DNA from: Alphaproteobacteria bacterium
GTDB taxonomy: Bacteria > Pseudomonadota > Alphaproteobacteria > UBA828
Assembly (NCBI GenBank): GCA_965214705.1
Contig: CBDCCI010000002.1
Coordinates: 160,001 to 224,000, forward strand
Direction of reading: 5' to 3'
DNA: 64,000 nt
Shown here: positions 51,087 to 61,008 of the stretch, in pieces
Numbering within the stretch: position 1 is the first letter of the stretch
How the letters are laid out: every line of letters starts with the position of its first letter
Notes under the pieces: model-generated
What the model was told of the DNA's origin: nothing
The model's database searches: none
Seen by the model: the letters and a program-made list of their open reading frames with translations, nothing else
Made by a program: the position numbers and the translations under genes

Positions 51087-51950
51087 TCATGCGGCAGCGG
51101 CGCCGGCGGCTTCCACCGGCGCGAGGGCGCGGGTCTCGCCCTGCAGCGCGAGGCGGGTGGAGTCGATCAGGCCTGCCCGCTGCATCGCCCGTGCCTCCGC
51201 GAGCCCGGCGTCGAGAGCCGCGGCCTTCGCGTGTGCGGGCAGCGGACCCACCGCGACGGTGACAAGCCGTTCGCCCAGGTCGCTTTCCTCGCAGAGCGCC
51301 GCCGCCGGCGCGCGCTCGATGGCGGGATGGTCCACGGTGACGGCGTTGGCGATCAGCGTCGCGGCGGCGTCCGCCATGGCAGCGCTCCCGGCCAGCACCG
51401 TGACCGCATCGGCGATGCCGAACGAGAGCGAGCGCCCGCGCCAGCCCGAGGTCGCCATGCCCCGCGCGGGCCGGTCGGCGCTGAGGACAATGCGGTCGTC
51501 GAGACCCGGTCGGTCGGGATCGTTCACCACCCCGGCCGCGACCGATGTGCCGGGGCTGAGATAAACCGCGATGTCGCCGCCGTTGTTGACGTAGGCGCGC
51601 GTGAGCCCGCGCCCCGCCGTCATGGCCGCCAGCACCTCGTCGGCGACGGAGCCTGCCACCGCCGCCATCGGCGTGATGAAGCGCGCCCGGTGCGGCCAGC
51701 AGGCAGCGAGCATGCGCCGCGCCACAGGGCCTTCCAACGCTGGCCGGATTTGGCCAAGGGGACGCCGCAGCAGTGCAAGCTCGGCCACAAGGTCGTCGAG
51801 AACGGTCGCGAAGCAGGCGCCGGTCTGGCGGTAGGCGGTATCCACCTCCGTCCTCTCGCCGAAGGCCTCGGCCACGATGTCGATGGGGCCGTGCTGCAGA
51901 TGCAGCCGGCGGCCGTCGGGCAGCATCGCCATGCGAGCTTCGCCGGCCAT
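51087..51950 (-). CDS. UPF0280 family protein (ApbE-like)
   Basis: LHLQHGPID, ITPMAAVAG, NNGGD, ATSGWRGRS. Confidence 0.85.
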   Translation of the reverse strand: MAGEARMAMLPDGRRLHLQHGPIDIVAEAFGERTEVDTAYRQTGACFATVLDDLVAELALLRRPLGQIRPALEGPVARRMLAACWPHRARFITPMAAVAGSVADEVLAAMTAGRGLTRAYVNNGGDIAVYLSPGTSVAAGVVNDPDRPGLDDRIVLSADRPARGMATSGWRGRSLSFGIADAVTVLAGSAAMADAAATLIANAVTVDHPAIERAPAAALCEESDLGERLVTVAVGPLPAHAKAAALDAGLAEARAMQRAGLIDSTRLALQGETRALAPVEAAGAAAA

Positions 51951-53422
51951 CAGCGTTTCCCTTCCCGCAGCGGCCAGGGATTGGCGGGGGGCCACGGCTC
52001 CGCCCTGTGCTCGGCGTCGTCCAGCGCCTGCTCCAGGGGCACGACGCGATCCACGTGGCCGCCGAGGGCCGCGAACTCCGCGCGGCTCAGCGTGAATTCG
52101 ATGGGCGCCACCAGGGCCGGAGTCGGCACGTAGCCGAAGGCGTCCGCCGGCATGCTGGTCACGTCCACCATGAAGGTGATGCCGCCGCCGGGCCAGACAT
52201 GCACCGGCGCCCCGCCGGCGGTAACGCGGGTGAGCGCGTCCTTGATCGAGCGGGTGAGGCGCACCGGGTTCTCGGTCACGCCTGCGCGCAAGCTGCCGCC
52301 CGCGCCTGCCATGAAGAGCACGGTGCAGAGCGCGGGCTCGCAGTTCTCCGAGATCCGGTCCACCATGGTCTCGATCTCGGCAGGCATGGGGGCGGGGCGG
52401 GGCGTCAGCGTCTCATCCAGCTCGAACCAGGCGGCGTCCTCGCCGGTGGTCGAGACCATGTGGAGCCGGAGTCCGGGCCAGGCCTTCTTCGGGTCGATCC
52501 GCTCGATGATCTCCAGCGGGTCGGCGATGTCGGTAGCGGCCCAGCCGCGCCCCTTGCGCGCCACCTGGAAGTAGCGCCCCGGCGTCGAGCGCCGGCCCCG
52601 GATGCGGATGCCGGCGGGCGGCATGTCGAGGAAGCGCCCGGCTTGGTGCTCGGTGAGCACGCCGGTGATCTGGTCGTCCACCACGATCACTTCGTCGGCG
52701 TGGCCGTGCCACTGGCGCGCGAACATGCCCATGGCGGCCGAGCCGCAGCCGGCCCGCATGCGCTCCTCGTGCTGGCCGTCCACCACCGGCGCGGCACCCG
52801 CCTGCACCACCAGCTCCGCGCCGCCGTCCACGGTGAGGGTGGCGGGCTTGCCGTTGCAGAGGTCGAGCAGGGTGCTGCAGGTGACCGTGCCCTCGCGCTT
52901 GGAGCCGCCGGTGAAGTGCCGCACGCCGCCGAGGGAGAGCATCTGCGAGCCGTATTCGGCCGTGGTGACGTGGCCGATGGGCTCGCCGTCGGCCCGCACC
53001 GAGGCCTGCTCGGGGCCCACGTGGCGGTCGGTGTCGATCTTCACCTTGACGCCGCAGTAGCTGAAGATCCCTTCCGAGACGACGGTCACCATGTCCACGC
53101 CCGCCGCCTCGCTCGCGATGATGAAGGGCGCGGGCTTGTAGTCGGGATAGGTGGTGCCGGAGCCGACGCCGGTGACGAAGCGCTCCGGCTGCGCGACCAT
53201 GCCACCGTCCCAGTCCTCGGCGCCGTCGAGGAAGGGCACCAGGGTCTCGGCGCGCTCGGTCACCAGCAGCGGGTCGACGCGGGTGAGGGTGCCGCCCTCG
53301 TTGGCGTAGCGATCGCAGGCGCCGACCTTGCCCTCGCGGATCCGGCACAGCACCGGGCAGGCGTCGCAGCGGATGATCGAGCCTTCGTCCTTTGACCGGC
53401 GCTTGGCTTTCGGCTCGCTCAC
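51950..53422 (-). CDS. hnr: 6-hydroxynicotinate reductase-like Fe-S protein
   Basis: CDACPVLC...GACDRY, TTYPDYKPAP, RAGCGSA, GAGGSLRAG, WPGGG; Mo-hydroxylase/UPF0280 context. Confidence 0.8.
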   Translation of the reverse strand: MSEPKAKRRSKDEGSIIRCDACPVLCRIREGKVGACDRYANEGGTLTRVDPLLVTERAETLVPFLDGAEDWDGGMVAQPERFVTGVGSGTTYPDYKPAPFIIASEAAGVDMVTVVSEGIFSYCGVKVKIDTDRHVGPEQASVRADGEPIGHVTTAEYGSQMLSLGGVRHFTGGSKREGTVTCSTLLDLCNGKPATLTVDGGAELVVQAGAAPVVDGQHEERMRAGCGSAAMGMFARQWHGHADEVIVVDDQITGVLTEHQAGRFLDMPPAGIRIRGRRSTPGRYFQVARKGRGWAATDIADPLEIIERIDPKKAWPGLRLHMVSTTGEDAAWFELDETLTPRPAPMPAEIETMVDRISENCEPALCTVLFMAGAGGSLRAGVTENPVRLTRSIKDALTRVTAGGAPVHVWPGGGITFMVDVTSMPADAFGYVPTPALVAPIEFTLSRAEFAALGGHVDRVVPLEQALDDAEHRAEPWPPANPWPLREGKR

Positions 53423-56175
53423 GGGCGGGCCTCCCGCTCCCGGAGCGCCGCGCGCAGCCGGTGGGGGAGCGCCGGAACCCTGGTGACGCGCACGCCCGTC
53501 GCGTGGCGGATGGCGCCGAGGATTGCCGGTGCCGTGGGGACCAGGCCGGGCTCGCCCACGCCCTTGGCGCCGAAGGGGCCCAGGGGCTCCGGGTCCTCCA
53601 CGATGATCACCTCGATCTCCGGCACGTCGCCGATGGTGGGGATCAGGTAGTCGTGCAGGTTCTCGGTCTTGCCCGGCAGGTATTCCTCCATCAGCGCGAG
53701 CCCGATGCCCTGGGCGATGCCGCCCTCGATCTGGCCTTCCACCTGGGTCGGGTTGATGGCGCGGCCGACGTCGTGGGCAGCGTGGATGCGGACGGGCGTC
53801 ACGGTCCCGAGTTCGGTGTCCACGTCCACCACTGCGACCTGGGCGCCGAAGGCGTAGGCCGCGTAGGGCGAACCCTGACCCCTGGCGTCGAGCGTCGTGG
53901 TCGGCGGGTCGAAGCGGCCGGTGCCTTCGAGCACGACACCCGCCGCGTCGGCCTTGAGCCGGGTGAGGTCGATCTCCACCCGGCGGCCGCCGTCGCGGAC
54001 CACGACCTGCGCGCCAGCGAATTCGAGCGTGGCGTCGTCGGCGGCATTGGCCTCGCGCAGGATCGCGGCGCGGAGCGCGGCGCCCGCCAGCTCGGCCGCC
54101 TTGCCCGAGACGAAGGTCTGGCGTGAGGCGGAGGTCTTGCCCGCGTCCTCGGTCCAGTCGGTGTCGCCGATGACCTGGGCGATCCGGTCCGCCGCGACGC
54201 CCAGTGCATCGGCGCAGATCTGGGCGAGGATCGTGGTCGAGCCCTGGCCGATATCGACGGCGCCGTTGTAGAGCACGAGGCGGCCGTCGCGGTCCAGCGT
54301 GATCCGCATCGCGGACGGGTTGCTGAGCGCGGTGTTGCCGATGCCGTACCACATGCAGCCGATGCCGACGCCGCGCCGCGCCCGGCCGTCGCCGGCGTTG
54401 ACGCGGGCGACGTCTTCCAGCGCGCGCTGCCAGCGGGGTTCGAGCGCCTCCAGGCAAGGGGCGAGGCCGACACTGGCTTCCAGCACCTGGCCAGTCGCCG
54501 TGGCATCGCCGGTGCAGAGCGCGTTCTTCAGGCGGAACGCCAGCCGGTCCATGCCGAGCCCGTCCGCGAGGTCGTCCATCAGCGCCTCGTGGGCGATGGC
54601 GGCCTGCGGCACGCCGAAGCCGCGAAAGGCGCCGGCGGGTGGTCCGTTGGTGTAGAAGGCCCGGCCGCGCGCGGAGACGTGAGGCACGGCGTAGGGGCCC
54701 GAGGCGTGGACCGGCACGCGGCCCGCCACGGTCGGCCCCCAGGAGGCGTAGGCGCCGGTGTCGAAGGTGGCGTCGAAGGCGACCGCCTGCAGCGTGCCGT
54801 CGGCATCGCAACCCATGCGCGCCTCGATCGCCGCGGGATGGCGCTTCGGGCTCGCCATCATGCTCTCGGGCCGCTCGTAGACGCAGGCGACCGGCGCGTG
54901 CGCGAGCCAGGCGGCGAGCGCCGCGAGCGGCTGGATCGAGACGTCGAGCTTGCCGCCGAAGCCGCCACCGCAGGCGCTCGGCACGACACGCACCTGCGCC
55001 GGCGCGAGGCCCAGCACTTCCGCCGTCATGTCGCGGTCCATGACCGGGGTCTGGGTCGAGACGAAGAGCTCGACCCGCTCGCCGATCCGCCGCGCCCAGC
55101 CGGCCTCGGGCTCGATGTAGGCGTGCTCGACGAAGGCGGTCTCGAAGCTTCCCTCGGCGGTCACTGCACAATCGGCGAGCGCCGCCCGGGCGTCGCCGCG
55201 CTCGACCCCGCCCTCGACGAGCATGTTGCCCTCGGTCTCCTCGTGGACCGGGCGGACGCCCGGCGCGCGGGCGTCCGCCAGTCCGCGCACCGGCGGCAGC
55301 GGCTCGTAGCGGATCGGCAGGTCCTCGTCGCGCACCGCCGTCACGGCTTCGCGTGTGCCCACGAGCGCCACCACCGGATCGCCCCGGTAGCGCACCACCC
55401 CCTCGGCCAGCACCGGCTGGTCCCGGAGGTCAGGGTAGATGCCGATACGGTTGTAGGGCACGTCGGCGGCGGTGAGCACCCGCTCCACGCCGGGCCGGGC
55501 GGCGGCCACCGCTCCCAGGTCGCCGAACGCGACCTTGGCGGAATCATGGGGCGAGCGGACGATGCGGAGCCAGAGCGCGTCCGCTGGCACGGCGTCGGCG
55601 CCGTAGCGCTCGGCACCGGTGAGCTTGGGCACGCCGTCGAGCTTGGCGAGCCGGGCGCCGACGGCGGCACCGGCCGGGGGCGTCGACAGGGGCTGCGGCG
55701 CATCGCCCGCGGCGTCGAGCACCGCAGCCACGATCTTGCGATAGCCGGTGCAGCGACAGAGCACGCCGCCGAGGCCGTCCAGCACCTCCGCCGGGCGGGG
55801 GTGGGGGGAGGCGCGCAGCAGCTCGGTCGCGGCGATCAGCATGCCCGGCGTGCAGGCGCCGCACTGGGCCGCGCCGTGGCGCAGGAAGGCCCGCTGCAGG
55901 CGGTTCAGCCGTCCTTTGGCCGCAAGGCCCTCCACGGTTTCCACGTGGCGCCCCGCGGCCTGCGCCAGCGACACCATGCAGCTACAGACCTGGGCACCGT
56001 CGAGCAGCACCGTGCAGGCGCCGCAGTCGCCGGCGTTGCAGCCGACCTTGGTCCCGGTCAGGCCGAGATCGTCGCGAAGCGCATCGGCGAGGCGCCGGAG
56101 CGGCGGCGCGTTCACCGTCACCGGCCGGCCGTTGACCAGGAACGCGGTGGTGCCGTCCGGGCCGCCCGCGTTCAC
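53419..56175 (-). CDS. Xanthine-oxidase-family molybdopterin subunit fused to a 2x[2Fe-2S] domain (nicotinate dehydrogenase-like)
   Basis: CNAGDCGAC, QCGACTPG, CRCTGY, GGGFGGK, AFRGFG, AKGVGE. Confidence 0.9.
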   Translation of the reverse strand: MNAGGPDGTTAFLVNGRPVTVNAPPLRRLADALRDDLGLTGTKVGCNAGDCGACTVLLDGAQVCSCMVSLAQAAGRHVETVEGLAAKGRLNRLQRAFLRHGAAQCGACTPGMLIAATELLRASPHPRPAEVLDGLGGVLCRCTGYRKIVAAVLDAAGDAPQPLSTPPAGAAVGARLAKLDGVPKLTGAERYGADAVPADALWLRIVRSPHDSAKVAFGDLGAVAAARPGVERVLTAADVPYNRIGIYPDLRDQPVLAEGVVRYRGDPVVALVGTREAVTAVRDEDLPIRYEPLPPVRGLADARAPGVRPVHEETEGNMLVEGGVERGDARAALADCAVTAEGSFETAFVEHAYIEPEAGWARRIGERVELFVSTQTPVMDRDMTAEVLGLAPAQVRVVPSACGGGFGGKLDVSIQPLAALAAWLAHAPVACVYERPESMMASPKRHPAAIEARMGCDADGTLQAVAFDATFDTGAYASWGPTVAGRVPVHASGPYAVPHVSARGRAFYTNGPPAGAFRGFGVPQAAIAHEALMDDLADGLGMDRLAFRLKNALCTGDATATGQVLEASVGLAPCLEALEPRWQRALEDVARVNAGDGRARRGVGIGCMWYGIGNTALSNPSAMRITLDRDGRLVLYNGAVDIGQGSTTILAQICADALGVAADRIAQVIGDTDWTEDAGKTSASRQTFVSGKAAELAGAALRAAILREANAADDATLEFAGAQVVVRDGGRRVEIDLTRLKADAAGVVLEGTGRFDPPTTTLDARGQGSPYAAYAFGAQVAVVDVDTELGTVTPVRIHAAHDVGRAINPTQVEGQIEGGIAQGIGLALMEEYLPGKTENLHDYLIPTIGDVPEIEVIIVEDPEPLGPFGAKGVGEPGLVPTAPAILGAIRHATGVRVTRVPALPHRLRAALREREARP

Positions 56176-57017
56176 ATCATGCTCCCGAGTTCGGCGAGTG
56201 TGCGTGCCGTCAGCGTCCGCGCGGCATCGAGACGGTAGTCGGCCGAGCCCCGCGCATCGTCCACCGGTGCGAGCGGCGCCATGTGCGCGTCCGTCACGGC
56301 CTCGCCCAGCGCCGCGTCGCAGGGGCGGCCGGCGAGCGCCTGCTCAAGCGCCGGCAGCCGACGCGCCACCGGCGAGCAGGCGCCGACCGAGACCGCGGCG
56401 CGGACGACCCGTCCCGCCGCGTCGGCCTCCAGCGCCGCGGCCACCATGACGATGGAGATCACCAGGTAGCGCCGCGCGCCCAGCTTGAGGAAGTGCCCGC
56501 GCGCCCGCTCTGCGCGCGGCTTGGGCACGCGCACCGCGACCATGAGTTGGTCGGGCGCGAGCGCAGTCGCGCGATTGCCGTGCACGAAGTCGGCGAGCGG
56601 CATGGTCTCCCGCCGCTCCGCTGAGGCGAGCTCCACCTCGGCATCGAGGCTGAGCAGCACCGGGACCCCGTCGGCGGCGGGCGAGGCGTTGCACAGGTTG
56701 CCGCAGAGGGTGCCGGCGTTCTGCACCTGCCGGCCGCCGATCTCGCGGGCGGCGAGCTTGAGGCCGTCGAACCAGGGCGGCAGGTCGGCCCGGAGGATAT
56801 CGGTCCAGGTCGCGAGCGCCGGGACGCGCCAATGGTCGTCCCGCTCCTCGATCGCGCGCATCGATGGCAGCGCGGTGATGTCGAGCACGTCGTCGTCGAG
56901 CGGCGCCCCCACCCTGGCCGGGTAGAAGTCCGTGCCTCCGGCCAGCACCGTGAGCGGGCGGCGGCGCAGCGCCGCGAGCGCGTCGTCGAGGGCGGTAGGT
57001 CGCAGATATTCCGGCAT
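56172..57017 (-). CDS. FAD-binding subunit of the Mo-hydroxylase
   Basis: LAGGTD, QVQNAGTLCGN, ASPAAD. Confidence 0.9.
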   Translation of the reverse strand: MPEYLRPTALDDALAALRRRPLTVLAGGTDFYPARVGAPLDDDVLDITALPSMRAIEERDDHWRVPALATWTDILRADLPPWFDGLKLAAREIGGRQVQNAGTLCGNLCNASPAADGVPVLLSLDAEVELASAERRETMPLADFVHGNRATALAPDQLMVAVRVPKPRAERARGHFLKLGARRYLVISIVMVAAALEADAAGRVVRAAVSVGACSPVARRLPALEQALAGRPCDAALGEAVTDAHMAPLAPVDDARGSADYRLDAARTLTARTLAELGSMM

Positions 57018-57095
57018 CACGGCAGTCTCGATTCTTTACCCATGATACCGGAGAGGAGCGAGCGCCCCCACCACGGCGGCCGACGCTCCCCGTCG

Positions 57096-58514
57096 TCAGG
57101 CGAGACCCATCTGACGGTAGGAGCGCACGACCTTCTCCAGCCCGACGGCGAAGGCGGCCGTGCGCAGATCTTCGATCGTCTCCGACGACCGCATCGCTTC
57201 GCGCATCGCGCCGTAGGCCTCGCGCATGGTGTCCTCAAGGCCGGATTGCACCAGGTCGAGCTCATCCACGCCGCGCAGCAGCGGCGCCTTGAGCTCGTCG
57301 GGCACCTGTCGGCCGGACGCGGTCTCGATCATGTCGATGATGCGCCGGCCGCGTTGGATGTCGAGCTGGCGAGACAGCCGGCCGAAGCGCATGTGCGAGA
57401 CGTTGGAGACCCACTCGAAGTAGCTGACGGTCACGCCACCGGCGTTGACCAGAAGGTCCGGGAGGATGACCGTGCCGCGCGCGAGCAGCTCCCGCTCGGC
57501 GGCCAGCGTCACGGGGCCGTTGGCGGCCTCGACGATGAGCGGTGCGCGGATGCGCGAGGCATTGGCCTCGGTGATCTGGCTCTCGATGGCGGCGGGAATC
57601 AGGATGTCGCACTCCGCCTCGAGGACGGATGCGCCGTCGGCGACGAAGCGCGCGCCGGGGAATCCCTCGACCCCGCCGGTGCGGGCGCGGTGCTCGGCAA
57701 GCGCGTCGGGCGCGAGGCCGGCATCGGAGAAAACGGCGCCGTCGTGCTCGATGACGCCGACAAGGCGCACGCCGTCTTCCTCGGTGAGGCATTTGGCGGC
57801 GTGATAACCCACGTTGCCGAGCCCCTGGACGATAACCCGCTTGCCTTCGAGGCCGCCGTCCAAACCGCTCCGGGCTACGTCGTCCCGGTGGCGGAATAAC
57901 TCGCGCAGCACGTAGTGGACGCCGCGGCCGGTCGCCTCCACGCGGCCCGGAATACCGCCCTGGGTCACCGGCTTCCCCGTGACGCAGGCCAGCGCATCGA
58001 TATCAGACGGGTAGAGCTGTCGGTACTCGTCCGCCATCCAGGCCATCTCGCGCGCGCCGGTGCCGATGTCGGGCGCGGGCACGTCCCGGCTCGGGCTGAT
58101 GTAGCCGCGATCGGCAAGCTCCTGCGTGAAGCGCCGCGTGATCTGCTCCAGCTCCTCCTCCGTGTAGTCTTCGGGCCGGATGACGAGCCCGCCCTTGGCG
58201 CCGCCGAAGGGCACATCGACCAGCGCGCATTTGAAGGTCATCAGCGCCGCCAGCGCCTCGACCTCCTGCTGGTCGACGAAGGGTGCGTAGCGGATGCCGC
58301 CCTTCACGGGGAGCCGGTGCTCGCTGTGCACCGCGCGCCAGCCGCAGAAGGTCTGGTAGCGCCCCCTGAGCCGCACCGGGAACTGCAGCTGGATGACGGA
58401 CTTGCACTCGCGGATGGTCTCCACGAGGTCGTCCGGGACGCCGAGCGCAGCTGCGGCCCGGTCGAACATCCCGCGCACGCTGGCCTGGAAATTGCTTTCG
58501 GTCGATGACTCCAC
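57096..58514 (-). CDS. gdhA: Glutamate dehydrogenase (Glu/Leu/Phe/Val family)
   Basis: KGGIRY, PFGGAKGG, VPAPD, QGLGNVG, EAANGP, NAGGVTVSYFEW. Confidence 0.92.
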   Translation of the reverse strand: MESSTESNFQASVRGMFDRAAAALGVPDDLVETIRECKSVIQLQFPVRLRGRYQTFCGWRAVHSEHRLPVKGGIRYAPFVDQQEVEALAALMTFKCALVDVPFGGAKGGLVIRPEDYTEEELEQITRRFTQELADRGYISPSRDVPAPDIGTGAREMAWMADEYRQLYPSDIDALACVTGKPVTQGGIPGRVEATGRGVHYVLRELFRHRDDVARSGLDGGLEGKRVIVQGLGNVGYHAAKCLTEEDGVRLVGVIEHDGAVFSDAGLAPDALAEHRARTGGVEGFPGARFVADGASVLEAECDILIPAAIESQITEANASRIRAPLIVEAANGPVTLAAERELLARGTVILPDLLVNAGGVTVSYFEWVSNVSHMRFGRLSRQLDIQRGRRIIDMIETASGRQVPDELKAPLLRGVDELDLVQSGLEDTMREAYGAMREAMRSSETIEDLRTAAFAVGLEKVVRSYRQMGLA

Positions 58515-58617
58515 GCGGTCCTCCGCAGCGGATGAGGCGGGGCTCGCCTCCGACTCCTTATGTATGTTCGCACCGCGCGTTTCGCATCGTCACGCTTTGG
58601 CTGGTGCGAATTCCGGT

Positions 58618-59391
58618 CTAACGCCTGCGGTCGAGGAAGGCTCGCATGCGCTGGCCCGGCTCGCCGCTCGCGAAGCCCTCGGCAAAATAGTCCATGCTCC
58701 GCTGGACCCCTTCAGGCGCCGGCAGCTCCTCCCATTCGCGCAGAAATGCCTTCTGCAGGCGGATCGCCGTGGGGCCGGCCGCACAGATCATGTCCACCGT
58801 GTGCGCGAGTTCGTCGTCGATTTCGCCTTCGGGGACGAGGGATTCGACGAGGCCCCAGTCGTAGGCCTGTTCCGCCCCGATCGTCTCGCCGGTGTAGACG
58901 ATGCGGGCCGCGCGCCCCCAACCCACCAGACGTGGCAGCAGCGTCGACGCGATGACGGAGGGGATGCCGACCACCACCTCGGGCACGGCGAACCTGGCGG
59001 TCGTGTCGGCCACGCGGAGATCGCACGACGCCGCGATTCCTACCCCCGCCCCGAGACAGTATCCGGAAACACGCGCCACCACCGGGACCGGCGCGTCGCG
59101 AAGCGCGGTGCGCACACCGTGCAACGCGGTGACGAAGGGGCGCGCCGTCTCGCGCGTCAAGTCGACCATGACGCGGATGTCCGCCCCACCGATGAAGGCG
59201 CGCTCACCCGCGCCGCGCAGGACGATGGCCCGGACTTCCGGGCTCTCGCCCGCTTGCCGGATGGCGGCGCTCAGCGCGTCGGCGCCGGCGCCGTCGATGG
59301 CGTTGAGCTTCTCCGCATTGTCGTAGCACACGGTCGCGACATGGCCGCCGCGGGGGCTGTCCTCGATCTCGACATGAACCTCGGTCAACAC
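58618..59391 (-). CDS. Enoyl-CoA hydratase/crotonase family protein
   Basis: KLNAI, AFIGGADI, GYCLGAG, PE..VG. Confidence 0.87.
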   Translation of the reverse strand: MLTEVHVEIEDSPRGGHVATVCYDNAEKLNAIDGAGADALSAAIRQAGESPEVRAIVLRGAGERAFIGGADIRVMVDLTRETARPFVTALHGVRTALRDAPVPVVARVSGYCLGAGVGIAASCDLRVADTTARFAVPEVVVGIPSVIASTLLPRLVGWGRAARIVYTGETIGAEQAYDWGLVESLVPEGEIDDELAHTVDMICAAGPTAIRLQKAFLREWEELPAPEGVQRSMDYFAEGFASGEPGQRMRAFLDRRR

Positions 59392-59564
59392 TCTCGCTCC
59401 CTCGGCGGATCGAACGTCCGGACGCGCCGCCGACTGTGACATCGGTGAGGGCCACGGGCCAGTGCGACAGTCCTCGCGCGATCGAGACGAGCTTGTATCC
59501 CGAGCCGGCATGACGCACCCTTCAGGTGCCCCGGTTCAGTTCCATCAGCGAGGGGGACGCGGGC

Positions 59565-60422
59565 ATGGGGATCGTCACGGACATCGTGCTGCCGATCGTG
59601 CTTGCGTTCATCATGCTCGCGCTCGGCCTCGGGCTCACCGTCGGCGACTTCGTCCGGGTCGCGAAGCAGCCGCGCGATTTCCTCGTGGGCGCCGTGGCTC
59701 AGGTGGTGCTCTTGCCTGCGGTGGCTTTCGGCCTGGTCAGCATCTGGCCGCTCGCGCCGGAACTCGCGCTCGGGGTGATGATCATCGCTGCGGCGCCTGG
59801 CGGGGTGACCTCCAATCTGCTCACCGCCTTCGGACGCGGCGACGTGGCGCTCTCCATCTCCCTTACCGCCATCATCAGCCTGCTCGGCGTGGTCACGATT
59901 CCGTTCATCGTCGTCTTTGCCCACGGCCACTTCGTGGGCGGCGGTGTCGGCGACGTCTCCGTTGCCGAAACCGCGCTCGGGGTCTTCCTGATCGTCGCCT
60001 TGCCCGTGCTGATCGGAGTCGCGGTCCGGCGCTGGGCCGAGGGCTTCGCCACGCGGGTCCAGCCCACCGCGCGCCGGATCTCGGCGCTGCTCTTCGTGCT
60101 GGTGTTGGCCGCTGCCATCTATCAGGAGCACGAGAACGCGCTCGAGTACATGGGCCAGGCCGGGCCGGTGACCGCGGTGCTGAACGTGGTGATGATGGCC
60201 TTGGCCTACCTGCTCGCGCACTTCCTCGCGACCGGCCCGCGCCAGCGCATTTCCATCTCCATGGAATGCGGGGTGCAGAACGGCACGCTTGCCATCGCCG
60301 TGGCGACGCTTCTGTTCGGCGGCGGGCTTACCGTCGTGCCAGCGGCGACTTACAGCCTGATCATGTTCGGGAGCGCGCTGATCTTCATCGCCTTCCTCAG
60401 AAGCCGCGACCAGCCGACTTGA
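59565..60422 (+). CDS. Bile acid:sodium symporter family protein
   Basis: PGGVTSN, GDVALSI, ECGVQNG. Confidence 0.9.
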   Translation: MGIVTDIVLPIVLAFIMLALGLGLTVGDFVRVAKQPRDFLVGAVAQVVLLPAVAFGLVSIWPLAPELALGVMIIAAAPGGVTSNLLTAFGRGDVALSISLTAIISLLGVVTIPFIVVFAHGHFVGGGVGDVSVAETALGVFLIVALPVLIGVAVRRWAEGFATRVQPTARRISALLFVLVLAAAIYQEHENALEYMGQAGPVTAVLNVVMMALAYLLAHFLATGPRQRISISMECGVQNGTLAIAVATLLFGGGLTVVPAATYSLIMFGSALIFIAFLRSRDQPT

Positions 60423-60442
60423 GGGGCCTGGGTGCGGCCACC

Positions 60443-60541
60443 CTATTCCCGGCTTGTCTTCACCTCTGGGCCGCGTTGAAACCGTCGGAAAAGGTGATAG
60501 CGGCACGCAAGTGGCAGGAGGTTGTCGTCAGAAGCGATCAC
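60443..60541 (-). pseudogene. Decayed vapC (PIN toxin) 5' remnant
   Basis: GTGA overlap with the antitoxin stop; VIASDDNLL resembles the PIN N-terminal motif; stops after 32 codons. Confidence 0.5.
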
Positions 60542-60798
60542 CGAGCGAGCTTCCGCGCGTTCTCTTCCGCTTCCATCTCATCGACGAGCTGATTGAGCCC
60601 GTCGGCGTCCACCCCCGGCTTGAAGCCGAAGGCATGGGGCTCCACCTTGAAGCGACGCGCACGCGCGGGCTTGCCCTGCGTCCCGAGACCGGCGCGGAGC
60701 GCATCGTTCACGACGGCCTCCATGCTCCTGTTGGTCCGTTGCATCTCTCGCCGCAGGAGCTGCTCGACATCGACGTCGATGGTCAATGTGGTTCGCAT
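60538..60798 (-). CDS. VapB-type ribbon-helix-helix antitoxin
   Basis: MRTTLTIDVDV...VVNDALRAGL. Confidence 0.8.
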   Translation of the reverse strand: MRTTLTIDVDVEQLLRREMQRTNRSMEAVVNDALRAGLGTQGKPARARRFKVEPHAFGFKPGVDADGLNQLVDEMEAEENARKLAR

Positions 60799-61008
60799 GG
60801 ATGACATCTTGATGCCGATAGAGTTGATGTCTAGAGGCGCGATATCGGCAAGGCCTGATGGCGGGCCGAAGCCGCCGCGTCAACCCGCATTGTCGGGCGC
60901 ATCCGTTGGACCGGGAACGGCGCTTCGGCTATGAGGGGCGCAGCGAAGCAAACGCACCCGCTCCGGGCGCGGGCGTGCCCGCGGTCCGGCTCAGCAAGGG
61001 AGACATCG

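Noticed and set aside
51950-55171. 1073-aa ORF as a giant fusion protein
   Set aside because: The first ~583 aa are an off-frame shadow of the Mo subunit gene; the real gene starts at GTG 53422.
60423-60960. Third 3'-end-duplication cassette around the antitoxin
   Set aside because: Only short chance matches to the symporter tail were found, with no convincing repeat.
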